A stretch of DNA of 64,000 nucleotides from Octopus vulgaris (GCA_951406725.2 OX597835.1:46934001-46998000); one strand, 5' to 3'. Numbered from the stretch's first letter, positions 29,251-43,917 are shown. The notes: generated by a model not told the origin, from the letters alone. Program-made: numbers and translations.

Positions 29251-30454
29251 ATGTTTGATCACCTGACATGACTGTTTGGCCGCAAAGGCGGAGAAATTCT
29301 TGACTGTCGAGAAAATAAGAAGCTAAAAGAAGTCGACAACAAACCAATGAGATTTGCTGAGTGAGACGGCGGAGGAGGTGGAGGTGGAGGTGATAGAGTG
29401 GAGGTGGTGTTGGAGGCGGTGGTGTCGGCGTGCTTGGATAAACTAATCTTATGGATATGATATTCCAACTGATCCCATTTAGCAAATATCCTTCGAAATT
29501 CTTCAGCAAGCATTCTTTTCCTTTTTTTCTTTTCTTCTTCCTTCCCCTCCTCCTCTTTCTTCTTTTCTTTTATCTTTTTTCCAATTTTCTGCTTCTTTTT
29601 ATTTTTTATCTTTTTCTTTCTTTTTGTTATTTTTCTCCATTTTCTGCTTCTTTTTTTCTAATCTTCTTCATCAATTTCTTCCCTGTATCCTCCTCCTCCT
29701 CCTCGCATTCTTCTTTTTCTCTTCCCCTCTCCTGCTTCTCTTTATTCTTTCTTTTTATTATTCTCCTTCCACTTTTCTTCATCTTCTTCATCTTCTTCAT
29801 AGATTTCTTCTTCTTCCTCCACACTTTTCTTTTTCCTTCATCATCAACTTCTTCTCTTCGTCCTCCTTATTCTTCATTCCTCCTTCTCCTCCTCCTCCTC
29901 CTCCTTCCCCTTCCTCCTTTCTCTCATTCTCCTCCTTCTCCATTACGGTCTTCCACATAGTTTCCGTTTACCAAATTCACTCACAAGACATTGGTCGATC
30001 CGGAGTCATGGTAGAAGGCACTTCCCCATGGCACCGTGCAATGGGACTGAACCTGAAGCCAATTGGTTGCGAGACAAGCTTCTTAACCACACAGCCATGA
30101 CCACCTCAACAATATTACTGATTTTCTTTTTATGTGATAAATACAAACAGATATTCTAAATATATTTTCCTAAAAAATTATGCTTTTTTTTGTAATAACA
30201 AATCAAGTACTTAATTTTTTAAAGTTTGGAGTATTTATATTTTTAGGCTAAAAATAGATAAGTAACGGGGAATCACCTGGTTTTGAACACGGTACACAAA
30301 GATCGGCAATGTGTTTTAAGTCATTGCATGTACAAAAACTATTTTATGAACTTCGTAATTTTAGTTAAGATTCTTGGCATGGCAGAAACGTGAATCCTAA
30401 TATTTTTGGTCAAAGCTCCTTGTTAGAGAAGTAGAACATATTTTTGGTTTTTCA

Positions 30455-30509
<55 letters not shown>

Positions 30510-30704
30510 CTCTCTCTCCCTCCTTCCCTCTCTCTGAATTTCTCTCTCTCCTTCCCTCTCTCTCTCTCTCTCGTTCTCTCTCTCAATGTATCTCTCTCTC
30601 GTCATCGAAGAGTTTTGAACTGCTTAAATGTCGAGATTTCCGTCTTCGACACGTCACAAGATCTTATCCAAACTAAAGAACGTCATCGTGTAAAGTTACT
30701 TTAC

Positions 30705-30936
30705 CTGCTGAAACCAACAGTGGTCCGGGTTCTAACGGCATCTGGAACTGAGCTGCGCCGAGCACGAATAATTCCCGCCAACCTTCTTCGAGAAGGAGGA
30801 ATTGGTCTAAAGATGGCAAGCTGAAAAATGCCGGAATACTTTTTACCCACTTGACACTCATGAATAGCAATCGGGCCGCAGTTTCACAAATAGCTTCTGG
30901 ATTGTTGAAGTATGTCTGCATCAATTCGTGCGGATA
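30705..30936 (-). CDS. NR2E1: TLX exon, LBD helices ~3-5
   Basis: Acceptor tttcatttcag|TAT and donor GCA G|gtaaag. 232 nt. YPHELMQ...[51 protein letters not shown] contains the nuclear-receptor LBD signature and is in frame with the neighbouring exons. Confidence 0.96.
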
Positions 30937-31159
30937 CTGAAATGAAAACAACACAGATAAGAGGAGAAATTATGATCTACAAGCATTTAAGAAATTCGAA
31001 GGACAAAACAAAGTACTTAATACTTAACCAACAAGTGTTTTTTTTGTTGTTGGTAACCTTCAAGTTAGATGGAATAACAGGATTTCATAAATACACAGAC
31101 AAACACTGTAAATATATTCAGACAAGCGTGCACGCATATACAAACGCATATACAAACGC

Positions 31160-31190
<31 letters not shown>

Positions 31191-31488
31191 TGTATGTATG
31201 TATGTATGTATGGATGGATGGATGGATGGATGGATGGATGGATGGATGGATGGATGGATGGATGTGCGTAAGTATGTATATGATATAGTAATTTACAAAT
31301 ATATGCGTATATACATATAAATATATACATATAAAAGCTTGAAAGATCGCTCCCACCCTCTTAGATGCCTGCAAAACTTAAAGTAGAACGCAACCGAATC
31401 AAGCTGTTTTAAATAATATATATATAAATATATCTAAATTATCAGTGAGAGAGAGAGATAGAAATATATATATACATACATGTATATG

Positions 31489-31581
<93 letters not shown>

Positions 31582-31717
31582 TTACATATATATATATTTT
31601 AAGTATACATATATAAATCTAATGAATGTGTGTGTCTGTGTGTGTGCTTCATGAGAACAGAGTCTGGATTATAACTCTATGCAAATACTATGCGTGTGTG
31701 TATGTGAGGTGAGTGCG

Positions 31718-31751
<34 letters not shown>

Positions 31752-32486
31752 ATGTGTGTGTGTGTGTGTGTCTGTGTGTGTGTCTGTGTGTGCGTTCGTG
31801 TATATGTGTGTGTCTGCTTCTTCATCACAGCTTGGAACAGAGGACAATGATATTTGGGAGTCATGTATAGGGTTGAGTGTGTGGGTGTGAGGGTGTGTGG
31901 GTGAACGCTGATCAGACGTCAGGTGTCCGTATTACTCTCATCAACGCCTTGCGCCCAAATACCGCCATCACGACCCCTACCACCGCCACTGTCTCTCACC
32001 ATCTCACCACGCCCAACCACACCTCATCATATACCTCGCCCCATCCCCAGCTGCAACACACGCACAGTAAAACCATTCCCACACATTTCTTTTTGTTCTT
32101 CGCGTTAAGCGCTCAGGTACATGAAAATCACCTTTGGCTGGCCCCCACAGAACACAAGCAACACTTATCCCTACCTGGATCACACCCAACCTGACCTGGA
32201 CCTATATTCAACTGTTACCATCATTACCCCATCACCATTACGACCACCACCTTTCCCCGTCCACCCTTTATTCACCCAAACAAACATCTACCGAATCAAG
32301 CCATTTCGTTGGTCACACCCATCCCAATCTGACCCATATCCTACCTTGTAATTCGCCCACTTTGCCACATTATCTCTCTAACCACCACACACTCTCCCTA
32401 AGCTTTTAAAACAGTCATTATTATTATCATTATTATTATTATTATCATCATCATCATTATTATTATTATTATTATTATTATCATCA

Positions 32487-32521
<35 letters not shown>

Positions 32522-32523
<2 letters not shown>

Positions 32524-32740
32524 GGCGATGAGCTGGCAGAATCGTAAGCACACCGGGCAAAAATGCTTTGCAGCATTTCGTCCGTCTTTACGTTCTGAGT
32601 TCAAATTCCGCCGAAGTTGACTTTGCTTTCATCCTTTCGGGGTCGATAAAATAAGTGCGAGTTGAGTACTGGTGTTGATCTAATCGACTGCCCCCCACCA
32701 CCAAAATTTCAGGCCTTGTGCCTATAGTAGAAATGATTAT
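32522..32740 (+). mobile_element. SINE family B, associated with (ATT)n tracts
   Basis: AAGGCG.TGAGCTGGCAGAATCG...GAGTTCAAATTCCGCCGA...TTCATCCTTTCGGGGTCGATAAAATAAGT. Copies at ~10795-10990, 11118-11322, 11340-11960, 12850-13175(-), 13680-13820(-), 24345-24550(-), 25866-26005, 26960-27100, 27890-28030, 36780-37060(-), 41462-41684(-) and 62180-62600(-). Confidence 0.9.
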
Positions 32741-33166
32741 TGTTATTATTATTGTTGTTGTTGTTGCTGTTGTTGTTAAGGCGGTGTGCTGGCAGAATCG
32801 TTAGTTACACCGGATAAAGTGCTTAGCAGCATTTCGACCGTTTTTTGACGTACTGAGTTCAAATTCCGTCTCAACGACCACTATCACCACCACTACTACC
32901 GCCACGTCCACAACCACCAACACCACCACTACCATCATCATCACGACCATCACCATCACCACCACCGTCACTACCACCACCACTATCATCATTACTACCA
33001 CCGTCTCTAAGTCAACACGTCCATTATTAATGCTTGGAACCTTTTTCTTTGAAATCAAATCTCTACAAAGGCAAGAATATTTTCTTTCCCGTTGTCCACA
33101 CTGCTTTTGTTATTACTGTTGTTGTTGCCATTGCTGTTGCAGTTACTGTATTATTATTATTATTAT

Positions 33167-33217
<51 letters not shown>

Positions 33218-33237
33218 CAGTAGTAGTAGTAGTAGTG

Positions 33238-33325
<88 letters not shown>

Positions 33326-33895
33326 CAGTAGTGGTGGTGGTGGTTGTGTTTACCTGATGCCGTTGTTTGAAGGATGGCGGCTGATGGCGTGGATCACTTC
33401 AGATCCTGTGAACGGCGGTTCGCCACAACAGCCGCAGAAACGACATCACTCTTGAAGCCAGCCGTCTCCCAGCAGCCGCTCGCCTCCACCATTGCTCTCC
33501 TTCCCACCACCTCTCTCTCTCTCTCTATTTTTCTCTCTCCCCCTTTCTATTCCGCCTCCCTCGCTAGCTCTCAAGCTCTACCTCCCTCCATCTCTCTCTC
33601 TTTTTCTTTCTCTTTCTCCTTTTCTTTCCCAAACACGCGCTGCGCATACACACATGCGCACACATATACACGCAGGCGCGCAAACACACACATACACACA
33701 TACACACGCGCGCGCGTGCGGAGACTTAAACGCAGTTAAAGTAATAGAAATAGAATAAATACAGAAAAAAGTAAATATAAGAAAAATAGACATAGAAATA
33801 AAAAAATAAAAGTGAAAGTGAAAATGAAGAGCAAAACGTGTTTAAACAAAAACAAACACAAATATAAATACACACATACATAGATATGCATGAGT

Positions 33896-33938
<43 letters not shown>

Positions 33939-34041
33939 GTATATATATGCACGCATATATATGTATGTATATATATATATATATATATACATGCACGCAT
34001 ATATATGTATATACATGCATGCATATATATATGCATGTATG

Positions 34042-34077
<36 letters not shown>

Positions 34078-34456
34078 CGCACACTACACACACACATATA
34101 TATATATATATATATGTATGTATGTGTGTATATATACCAACGTACATATATATATATAAACACATATATACGTAGGTGCACACATCCATATATAAACTCA
34201 CCCTATAAATTATAAAACCATCTGAAGCTCATTCTCTCTCTTCCTTTTCCCCTTTTCTCATTTTTCCTTTCACTTACTCTCTCACTCTCTCTCCCTTTCT
34301 CTCTTCCTCAGTCTATCTATTTCGCCATCTTCCCCCACCCCACCCCGCTGCTTCTCCTTTGCTCTCTTTTTACACTTTTTCTTTCGCTTAATTGTAGCTT
34401 CTTAATTTCCTTAAGCATCTAATGTATATTTTAGATACTCGCCAACTCTTCAAGGA

Positions 34457-34950
<494 letters not shown>

Positions 34951-34954
34951 TATA

Positions 34955-35886
34955 AAATCCAAAGCAACAAGGATAACCAGAGGTAATGCAGTACGATCGT
35001 TTCAACCCATGTTCTTTTACCCCAGTACTCCTTTATTAAATACCAGTATATACCAATTGATCAATATTCACAGACACCATCTCATAAATTAGTATTCAAG
35101 TATATATATGTATAAATATTAAACTATTTCTGGATAATTTCTTTTCCTCCCTCTGTTGTGGCAAAAGTTTGGTATATACTCAAAAGTATTCAAAAAAACT
35201 TTTTATCCTTTTGTTATAATATTCTTCTTAATAATCTTCTGAATAACCCAAAACTTTAACTTTGTACAATACGACAATATTTTTTTAAATATTTAACTCT
35301 AGTACTACATGATAAGACTTCCCCTATTTCATTATCAATGGTCTGCTACTGGTCGGTCCCCTTAATTGTCAGCTAACATTTTGATTTAAGTTTTCCTTTA
35401 CAAAATCTCTTGATATTGCATCTAATAAATCTTGATAGCTTTTTATGACTATACCAACTATGATTTCTGTCGACTCCCTCAGCCACATTCCTGACAGATA
35501 CTGCTTCTTGTTTCTCTCGGCCTTAGATATACAAAGATTTGATAACATTAGTCTATAAATTAAAACTGACCCCATAAAAACAAAAAAATCAGTGACAGGC
35601 AAACTCTGTAACAAGCCTTCTTCCTGATACCTTAGCTGCTTCTAAGTGGAGGTGAAGGTAGCATGTTCTTTGTTTATCTCCTTACCTTCTTGGAGATTTT
35701 TGGTAATATTGTACTAATGTGTCCATCTGTTTTAATTTAATTAAATTCTATGTATTTATGCAGCTGAAGATTGCTCTGAATTTAAATTGATGTTATGATT
35801 GCATTGTTCAATTAAATGTAGTTGCGTGAAACGATCGTACTGCATTACCTCTGGATATCCTTGTTGCTTATTTTGATCTTAATCAC
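34955..35886 (+). mobile_element. Penelope-like remnant with inverted partial pLTR
   Basis: 34955-35004 is the reverse complement of ~35827-35877 (the 3' half of the hammerhead plus tail). The element is bounded by TA/TATG microsatellites. Confidence 0.6.
35758..35845 (+). ncRNA. Type-I hammerhead-like motif
   Basis: ATGCAG-CTGAAGA-tTGC...GCGt-GAAA-CGATC-GTA-CTGCAT. Perfect 6-bp stem I, palindromic ACGATCGT stem III, GUA site. Confidence 0.75.
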
Positions 35887-35940
35887 CTTATTTTGAAATT
35901 GTATGGATAGTGCCATATTCATCTGAATCTATATCTATAA

Positions 35941-36068
<128 letters not shown>

Positions 36069-36109
36069 CATAATACATATATATATGTGTGTGTGTATAC
36101 ATATATATG

Positions 36110-36141
<32 letters not shown>

Positions 36142-37094
36142 CAAACATACATATAAATGAGTGTGCATGTATATATATGTGTGTGTACATATATATGTAT
36201 ATATATATATATAGATAGATAGATAAATAGATAGATTTACGTACATATATATATGTATACTCACATACACATATATATTTATATATATATATATATACGT
36301 ATATATATATATGAGTACACACACACATAACTTGAAAGCGCAAGAAGGCACCTTAAAAGAAAAAAAATACTAAAATAGCATGAATAATATAAGAGTTGTG
36401 TGGATGGAAGCGGTGGAAGGAGGGGAGGGGCTATAAATAAAAAATAAATGGTATTTAGTTGTATCTTTTTATTGTTATTATAACAATTTGCTTTTTGTTG
36501 TACCACTTAAGAGAAGTTGCTTTATGGTCGCCCCAGGAGGGCAGTCCAGTCCGCCATTTCATCTGCTTACGATATGAAAAGAATGACATCGACTGAAGCA
36601 AGGAACTGAGCGTAATGCAAAGCTTTCCTTGGTTCTTGTTGCTTTATATTTTAAGAAAATCTGGTAAAGGACCTCTAAGTGGCTGTTCGACCAACTAGAA
36701 ATAGCAGTTAAATCTCTCTTAATTTTTTTCTATTTTTTTTTGTTCTTTTTTAAAAATTTTTGTCTTTATACTTTGGGAAGGCAGAAAGAAATGACGCTAA
36801 GCATTTTGTCTGCTGCCTGCAAACGATTCCGCCAGCTCACCGCCTTAAGTTAAGTATAAATTATCCTTTCTACTATAGGTAGAAGGCCTGAAATTTTGAA
36901 GGAGGGAGCTAGTCTATTACATCGCCCCCACCACACCCCAGTGTTTAACTGGTACTTATTTCATCGACCCCGAAAGGATGAAAGGCAAAGACGGCATCGG
37001 CGGAATTTGAACTCAGAACGTAAAGACGAGCGAAATGCCGCTAAGCATTTTACCCGTCTTAATAAAAATAAATAAATTAATTAATTAATTAATA

Positions 37095-37192
<98 letters not shown>

Positions 37193-37193
37193 C

Positions 37194-37293
<100 letters not shown>

Positions 37294-37417
37294 TATATAT
37301 ATATAACTCGGAATCAAACTTGACCAAGAAGATGAGTTTATCTTGTGGGAGATTAGGCACTATTTCTAGCGAGTCGATCAACAACGTAATAGAGGTGATA
37401 TTCTTTTATTTAGTTAC

Positions 37418-37641
37418 CTTAGGTGTTGGCTGACAAATAATCCCGTTGGTAACTTGAGGTGATTCCACGGTACTCACTGTGATTCCGTCGTTCATGTGTT
37501 CGAATGGTACTAATGCTGGTAAAAACTGATTTCGGAATGGGTTGGATGGTAAAGACGAGGCTAACTCACTTGTTTCCTTCAAATACATTGCCACCTGGCG
37601 GCGAATCGTCGAGTTGCGAGGTCCACGTTCGTGTTGGACGG
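37418..37641 (-). CDS. NR2E1: Nuclear receptor tailless/TLX, internal exon (end of DBD C-terminal extension/T-box and hinge)
   Basis: Acceptor ttttgtag|CC GTC and donor AAG|gtaact. 224 nt, phase 1 in, phase 0 out. Translates (A)VQHERGPRNSTIRRQVAMYLKE...IICQPTPK, which matches the TLX AVQHERGPRxSTIRxQVA and QPTPK motifs as I recall them. Confidence 0.95.
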
Positions 37642-37719
37642 CTACAAAACAGAAAACATTGATGCGTATAATATATATGTGTATATATGTGTGCGTGTAT
37701 GTGTGTGTGTTTGTGTATG

Positions 37720-38132
37720 TATGCATGCATGTATGTATGTATGTATGTATGTATGTATGTATGTATGTATGCATATATGTATGTATGTATGGATGGATGC
37801 ATGTATGTATGTATGTATGCATATATGTATGTATGTATGTATGTACGTATGTATGTATGTATGTATGTATGTATGTATGTATGTATGTATGTATGTATGT
37901 ATGCATATATGTATGTATGTATGGATGGATGCATGTATGTATGTATGTATGCATATATGTATGTATGTATGTATGTACGTATGTATGTATGTATGTATGT
38001 ATGTATGTATGTATGTATGTATGTATGTGTGTATGTGTGTATGTATGTATGTATGTATTTATTTATGTATGTATGTATGTATTTATTTATGTATGTATGT
38101 ATGTATGTATGTATGTATGCATGTATGTATGC

Positions 38133-38165
<33 letters not shown>

Positions 38166-38215
38166 TGTATGTATGTATGCATGTATGTATATATGTATGT
38201 ATATGTGTATGTATA
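37720..38215. repeat. (TATG)n microsatellite next to a TLX splice acceptor
   Basis: Directly visible. Contains an internal duplicated block marked by GGATGGATGC. Confidence 0.95.
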
Positions 38216-38217
38216 TA

Positions 38218-38420
38218 TAGTTCAAATTTACAAAAGACAAAAGACGAAGACAGGTAAAGGAACAAGCAGTTATATTATTTTGACGGGTGGGAAGAATGGA
38301 AAAGTCTTTGACGTTTCGAGCTTACGCTCTCCATCAGAAAGGATTAACAGGAAAAAAAGGCAAGAGAACAAAAAAGAGAAAAAAATCGGAGAGAGAAAAA
38401 ATATGTATGACACCAGAAAT
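38218..38420 (-). mobile_element. Penelope-like pLTR remnant, hammerhead-like motif at 38306-38341
   Basis: CTTT-CTGATGG-a-GAGC gtaa GCTC-GAAAC-GTC-AAAG. Shares the ...CAAAAGACGAAG(A/G)CAGGT... tail with 50907-51118 and 25294-25401. Confidence 0.65.
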
Positions 38421-38591
38421 TGTTAGAGGGGATGATATAGAGCTCACACTGAGGTAAACAACATTGAAGATATCAAGTGGTAAGATACTGTAGATATACA
38501 AGTCCCAAATCCAATTTAAACTGTAGTTCCAGCTCTGGGGTTAGTCCTTTTTGTGGTGCAAGTGTTAAAAGTAAACAGAAATGGCGTTTAA

Positions 38592-38680
38592 ATTTTTCGA
38601 CAGCAGTTTCGGTAGAATTTTATAAATGTTTTCATAGAAGATTTCGTCATGACGTATAATACACCATCATCAGGTAAAAT
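38592..38680 (-). ncRNA. Degenerate type-I hammerhead-like motif
   Basis: ATTTTAC-CTGATGA-tGGTG...TACC-GAAA-CTGCT-GTC-GAAAAAT. Stem I 6/7 paired, stem III one change from palindromic ACAGCTGT. Confidence 0.55.
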
Positions 38681-38982
38681 TTTAAACAGATAAGATTTCA
38701 GACAGGTGAAATTTCTTACATCGATCTGGACAAATCCAAAGTCGACGTTAGAGTTGTCCAGGTCGATGTAGAAAACTTTAAACGCTATTTCTGTTTACTT
38801 TGTGGGTGGGTGTTTGCGTGTGTGTGTGTATGTGTGTTTGTGTGTGAGTGTGTGTGCATGCATACACTATTTGTATATGAATATACACGCATGTATATAA
38901 GTGTGTGTGTGTGTGTATGTATGTGGACGATAGATAGGTATATAGATTGACAGTCAGACAGACAGACGGACAAGCAAACAGT

Positions 38983-39217
<235 letters not shown>

Positions 39218-40059
39218 TTTCATTTTTAATTCTCCATAATCAACGAAAATTTCTTCTTTGATTCAGGCTTGTCTTCTTTGCCCCTATAATTAATTTTATC
39301 TAAATATTGAACTTCAAAAACATGCGGCACTACTGTGGACCCTAAGCAGCACACTTTAACTTAATATAAGGGCTGTTCTTGCTATTATAATGTATTGCAT
39401 ACAAAACTACTTTTCCTTTTATCATTGTGCGTGCTGGAGTGGAATCGGAATATTGAACCGAATAAAAACTTCGGGCTAACCTAGAACACAAAAGAGCAAA
39501 AGGACCACTATCTCAATGTAATGTTCGATATTCTTTGGCATTGGCATGGGAAGAAAATGAGTTCTTGTAAGGCTTTTTGATTTATCCAAGGCATAGAGAA
39601 TCTTTTTCGAGAAGCGGGCTGCCTGAGATGCGGTTCATCATCAGACAGGTCGCACTTCTAAAAACATTTTCTTTCGTTTGTCGTGCCGCTCAGGAAGTCC
39701 TGCGGGACGTTGCTTATCCATGATTGATTGACGCTGTGTTCCTTACTTACCGGGACTAAAACATATTCAATTAAGCGAGAAGGGCAATATAGGGTTTGAG
39801 ACTTTTACAAGGGTCATTTGCAATGATTAATGAACTGTTTACCGGATCTATCATTAATTATTTAGTTTTAGGTGATTATAGTTGTTTGTTTGCCTTTTAT
39901 ATTTAGTTGCTTTTTGTTGTTGTTAATTCAATCGGAGATAGCTTTCCACTGAGTCAATTTGCATGACATTCAATGAAGAAACCGCATACGGGATGTGGTG
40001 GGTTCGGGCACGGCACGTGAAGCCGGTGTGAAGCAGACCGCAAGAACGACCGCATATCA

Positions 40060-40640
40060 CACCACGCCGTACTACAGCTGCGCACCACCGCAATACACCA
40101 CTGTACTGCAGCATAAACAACATTGAATGAGCACGTACCACACCAAAGAGCACAGCAACTACCACCGGATAATAATCACAGTAGTACAGCGTAAGCAACA
40201 ACACTAAAGGACCACACGCCGCAACAATCTACACCACTGTACTACAGCATAAACAACAACACATCACAAGCCACATCACAGCACTACAGCGTAAACAACA
40301 ACACAGAACGACCACACATTACACCACAAACCGCAACACATCATAGACCGCGGTGTAGTACATCAACACAGAACGACCACACAACTGTACACCCTGTACA
40401 AACACACCACAAACCACAACATAAACAACTCAGAAGAACCACACACCACAAACCACAACATAAACAACAACACAGAAGAACCACACACCAGATCACGTGA
40501 CAGGCTAGAAACCGCAGCTGAACACTACGAACACCACCACACCACACCACACCAAAGACCACGCACTGCAGCATAAACAATGTCCATACTACATCCCCAG
40601 CTCTGCACCTCAGCACCACTCAGCAACACCACGCCGTTGG
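40060..40640. repeat. Degenerate C/A-rich minisatellite (~40-50-bp units)
   Basis: ACACCAC...CAGCATAAACAAC...CAGAA(C/G)(G/A)ACCACA motifs recur. Confidence 0.65.
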
Positions 40641-40990
40641 CGACTGCACAAACCCACAGCAATTAATACAAACACTTAAATAAAAGCTACGTTCATTCAT
40701 CGGTCGAACCGAGCATCGCCGCCATTGTTCTTGTTCTTGGTCTTCGTTTGAGAAACGTGTAACTCGAATACATTTATCTCCATCGCTGTACGGACGACCA
40801 ACTGGCACATCAAAACCATTTCCAGAAAACACAACCACCACCACCACCACCACCACCACCGACGCCGCCACCGCCACTTCCCCCATTCTAGACACCCACT
40901 CCACACCTCCTTCCACCCCCCACCCCACCGCCTAATAAATTTCTGCTGCCGTTGAACTTCTCAGTTGCACACGTTACAAACGGATCACCA

Positions 40991-41011
40991 ACTTCCGGTT
41001 ACGTGACGTCA
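40991..41011. promoter_or_regulatory. Candidate adjacent ETS and full CRE sites
   Basis: ACTTCCGG (40991-98) and TGACGTCA (41004-11) lie 5 bp apart in non-repetitive sequence. Confidence 0.3.
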
Positions 41012-41683
41012 TACAATCACAGTTCTCCGCTGCAGGACAATTTTCTATTTCTTTCATCTTTTTTTTTATATATTTTTCTTTTGTAATGTTTGCTTTTATT
41101 TAGCTTTCGTCCTTTTTCTTTTTCTTTTTCTGTTGCTTTGTTGTTACGTTTAGTCCTATGTTGTTGTTGTTGTTGTTAGTCTTTTGTTTGTATTAATTTA
41201 TTTGTTATTCCTTCTCTAGAATGTTCCAACTATTGTTGCGGTCTTCAACAATTTCCGTCTCGACAAATACCATTTCCCAAATGTCCACTTCCTTTCGACT
41301 ACTTTTAACTTTCTCGTTTACTCTCTTAAACTACTTCACCATCCTCCTCATCCTCCTCCTCCTCCTCCTCCTCCTCATCATCATCATCATCATCATCATA
41401 TTGTAGTTTTGTTATCATTTCAGTGTCATTGTCATTAATATCGTTATCGTCGTCGTCTCAATAATGGTTTCAAATTTTGCCACAAGGGCAGACATTTTGG
41501 GGGAGGGCCGTAGTCGATTACATCGACCCCCAGTGTTTTGCTGGTATTTAGTTAAATGACCCCGAAAGGATGAAAGGCAAAGTTAACCAACCTCGGCGGA
41601 ATTTGAACTCAGAACGTAAAGACGGACGAAATGTTGTTAAGCATTTTACCCAGCGTGCCAACGATTCTGCTAGCACGCCACCC

Positions 41684-41748
<65 letters not shown>

Positions 41749-41830
41749 GTAATAATAATAATCTTGGTCAGTTCGTGAATGTCGTCACAACCATCAGCTT
41801 CATGCATGAATGTATGTAAACGTGTATGCG

Positions 41831-41917
<87 letters not shown>

Positions 41918-42021
41918 GTCTGTCTGTCTGTCTACCAGTTTAGCTTTGTCACAATCGATATATTACCTTTACTTTTGGCGATGATGAAAATGATGATGAT
42001 GATGACAGCGATGGTGGTAGT

Positions 42022-42092
<71 letters not shown>

Positions 42093-42435
42093 ATAGATAG
42101 ACAGACAGACAGAATGCTATACTCGGACAAGTGAGCTGACTGTGATGGCCGTTGGCAGGTCACAGGTACGTCATTGTGTGTGTGCACGGTAGGTTTTGTA
42201 GCACAAACAGGATATAGAGAAATCAATGTTATTATTTTTAATCGGCAGAAGTTACGATGTCACAGAAGTTTTGAGTTTGGTAAGAGTCAGTTTTAAATAT
42301 CTGTCTGCCTATCAATCTATCCTTACACACACACGCACACACACACACAAACACACACACACACACACACGCATACACACACACACACGCACGCACACAA
42401 ACACACACAAACACACACACACACACAAACACACA

Positions 42436-42491
<56 letters not shown>

Positions 42492-43358
42492 TGCACACAC
42501 GCACAAACAAACTCACACTCGCGCACAGATACAATCATACCGGTAGAGTGGTTTACACCATTATTACTTACCCAGGGTTAAAATTGAACCCACTTACCCA
42601 CCAGTCTGCCTAATTATCTACCTTTGCGCCGGCCTACTTACTCTTCTATTTCTTTCCCTCCCTCCTTCCCTCTCTCCCTACCTACCTACCTACCCCGTAT
42701 CCACCCTCGTACCTTTCCTGTGTACATACCTTCTCCTTACCTACCTACCTATCGACCAAAATACGTCCATGCCCACCAGAATGCTTAACCATTTACTCAC
42801 CGGTCCCCTTAATTGTGAAGATGTGCCTGAATCAAGAATGCCTCCCAAGCCCGTCATACACCACACACGCTACCCTGAAACAGGCTTTAGGGATCTGGTT
42901 ATATTATAATACCCCGGCTATTGACAGACACAACATGCGATATTGAATGGGAGTGAAACCCGATTTGCTTTTTTTTTTTAATAGAAATTTTCTGTGTCGG
43001 AGGATGGCGTGTGAGGGGTTTCTATACAAACCGCGAACGCTAATACCGAAACGGAGGTGCTTCGACATGGCCGTTCGACTTAATAGGAAGAGCAAATAAA
43101 AATGTCCATGGGTGGGTGGCAAGAAGTTTGCTTCCCAGCCACATGGTTCCGGGTTCAATTCCAACAACGTGACTCTTTAGAAAAGTGCCATACGCTGTAA
43201 CCTCGGGCCGACCAAAGCCTTGTGAGTGGATTTGGTAGACAGAAATTGAAAGAAGCCCATCGTGAGGTAGGTACGTACATGTATGTATGTATATATACAT
43301 ATATTTTATTTATTAATTTGTTATTATATGACGGAACGCATATCCATTTCTAAGTAAG

Positions 43359-43507
<149 letters not shown>

Positions 43508-43567
43508 GTATATATATATATAGATATATACATGTATATATACATATATATATATACATATATAGAT

Positions 43568-43609
<42 letters not shown>

Positions 43610-43837
43610 TGATAGATAGATAGATAGATAGATGAATGGATGTGTGTGTGTGTGTGTGTTTTTGCGTGTGTGTTTTCCCCGCTACACCACCGCTTGACAA
43701 CAGGGCTGGTTTGTTTACGTTCACGTAACGTAGCTGTTCGGCCAAAGATACTGCTAGAATAAATACCAATTCCAAAAAACAAATGCTGGGGTCAATTTAT
43801 TCGATTTAAACGCTTCAATGAGACCGCAGTCCAATGA

Positions 43838-43917
<80 letters not shown>

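Noticed and set aside
31860-32400. C-rich region with overlapping 60-105-aa ORFs
   Set aside because: Low-complexity composition, no recognisable domain and no coherent splice sites.
39600-39650. Minus-strand CTGATGA...GAAA
   Set aside because: No convincing stem I, II or III pairing, so not counted as a hammerhead.
39751-39755. Possible 5-nt micro-exon (ttttag|TCCCG|gtaagt) on the minus strand
   Set aside because: It would shift the frame, and such matches are expected by chance in a 26-kb intron.
42801-42874. Possible 74-nt cassette exon on the minus strand (tttcag|...CCG|gtgagt)
   Set aside because: Stops in all three frames, weak polypyrimidine tract and no zinc-finger similarity. Only RNA-seq could rescue it as a poison exon.
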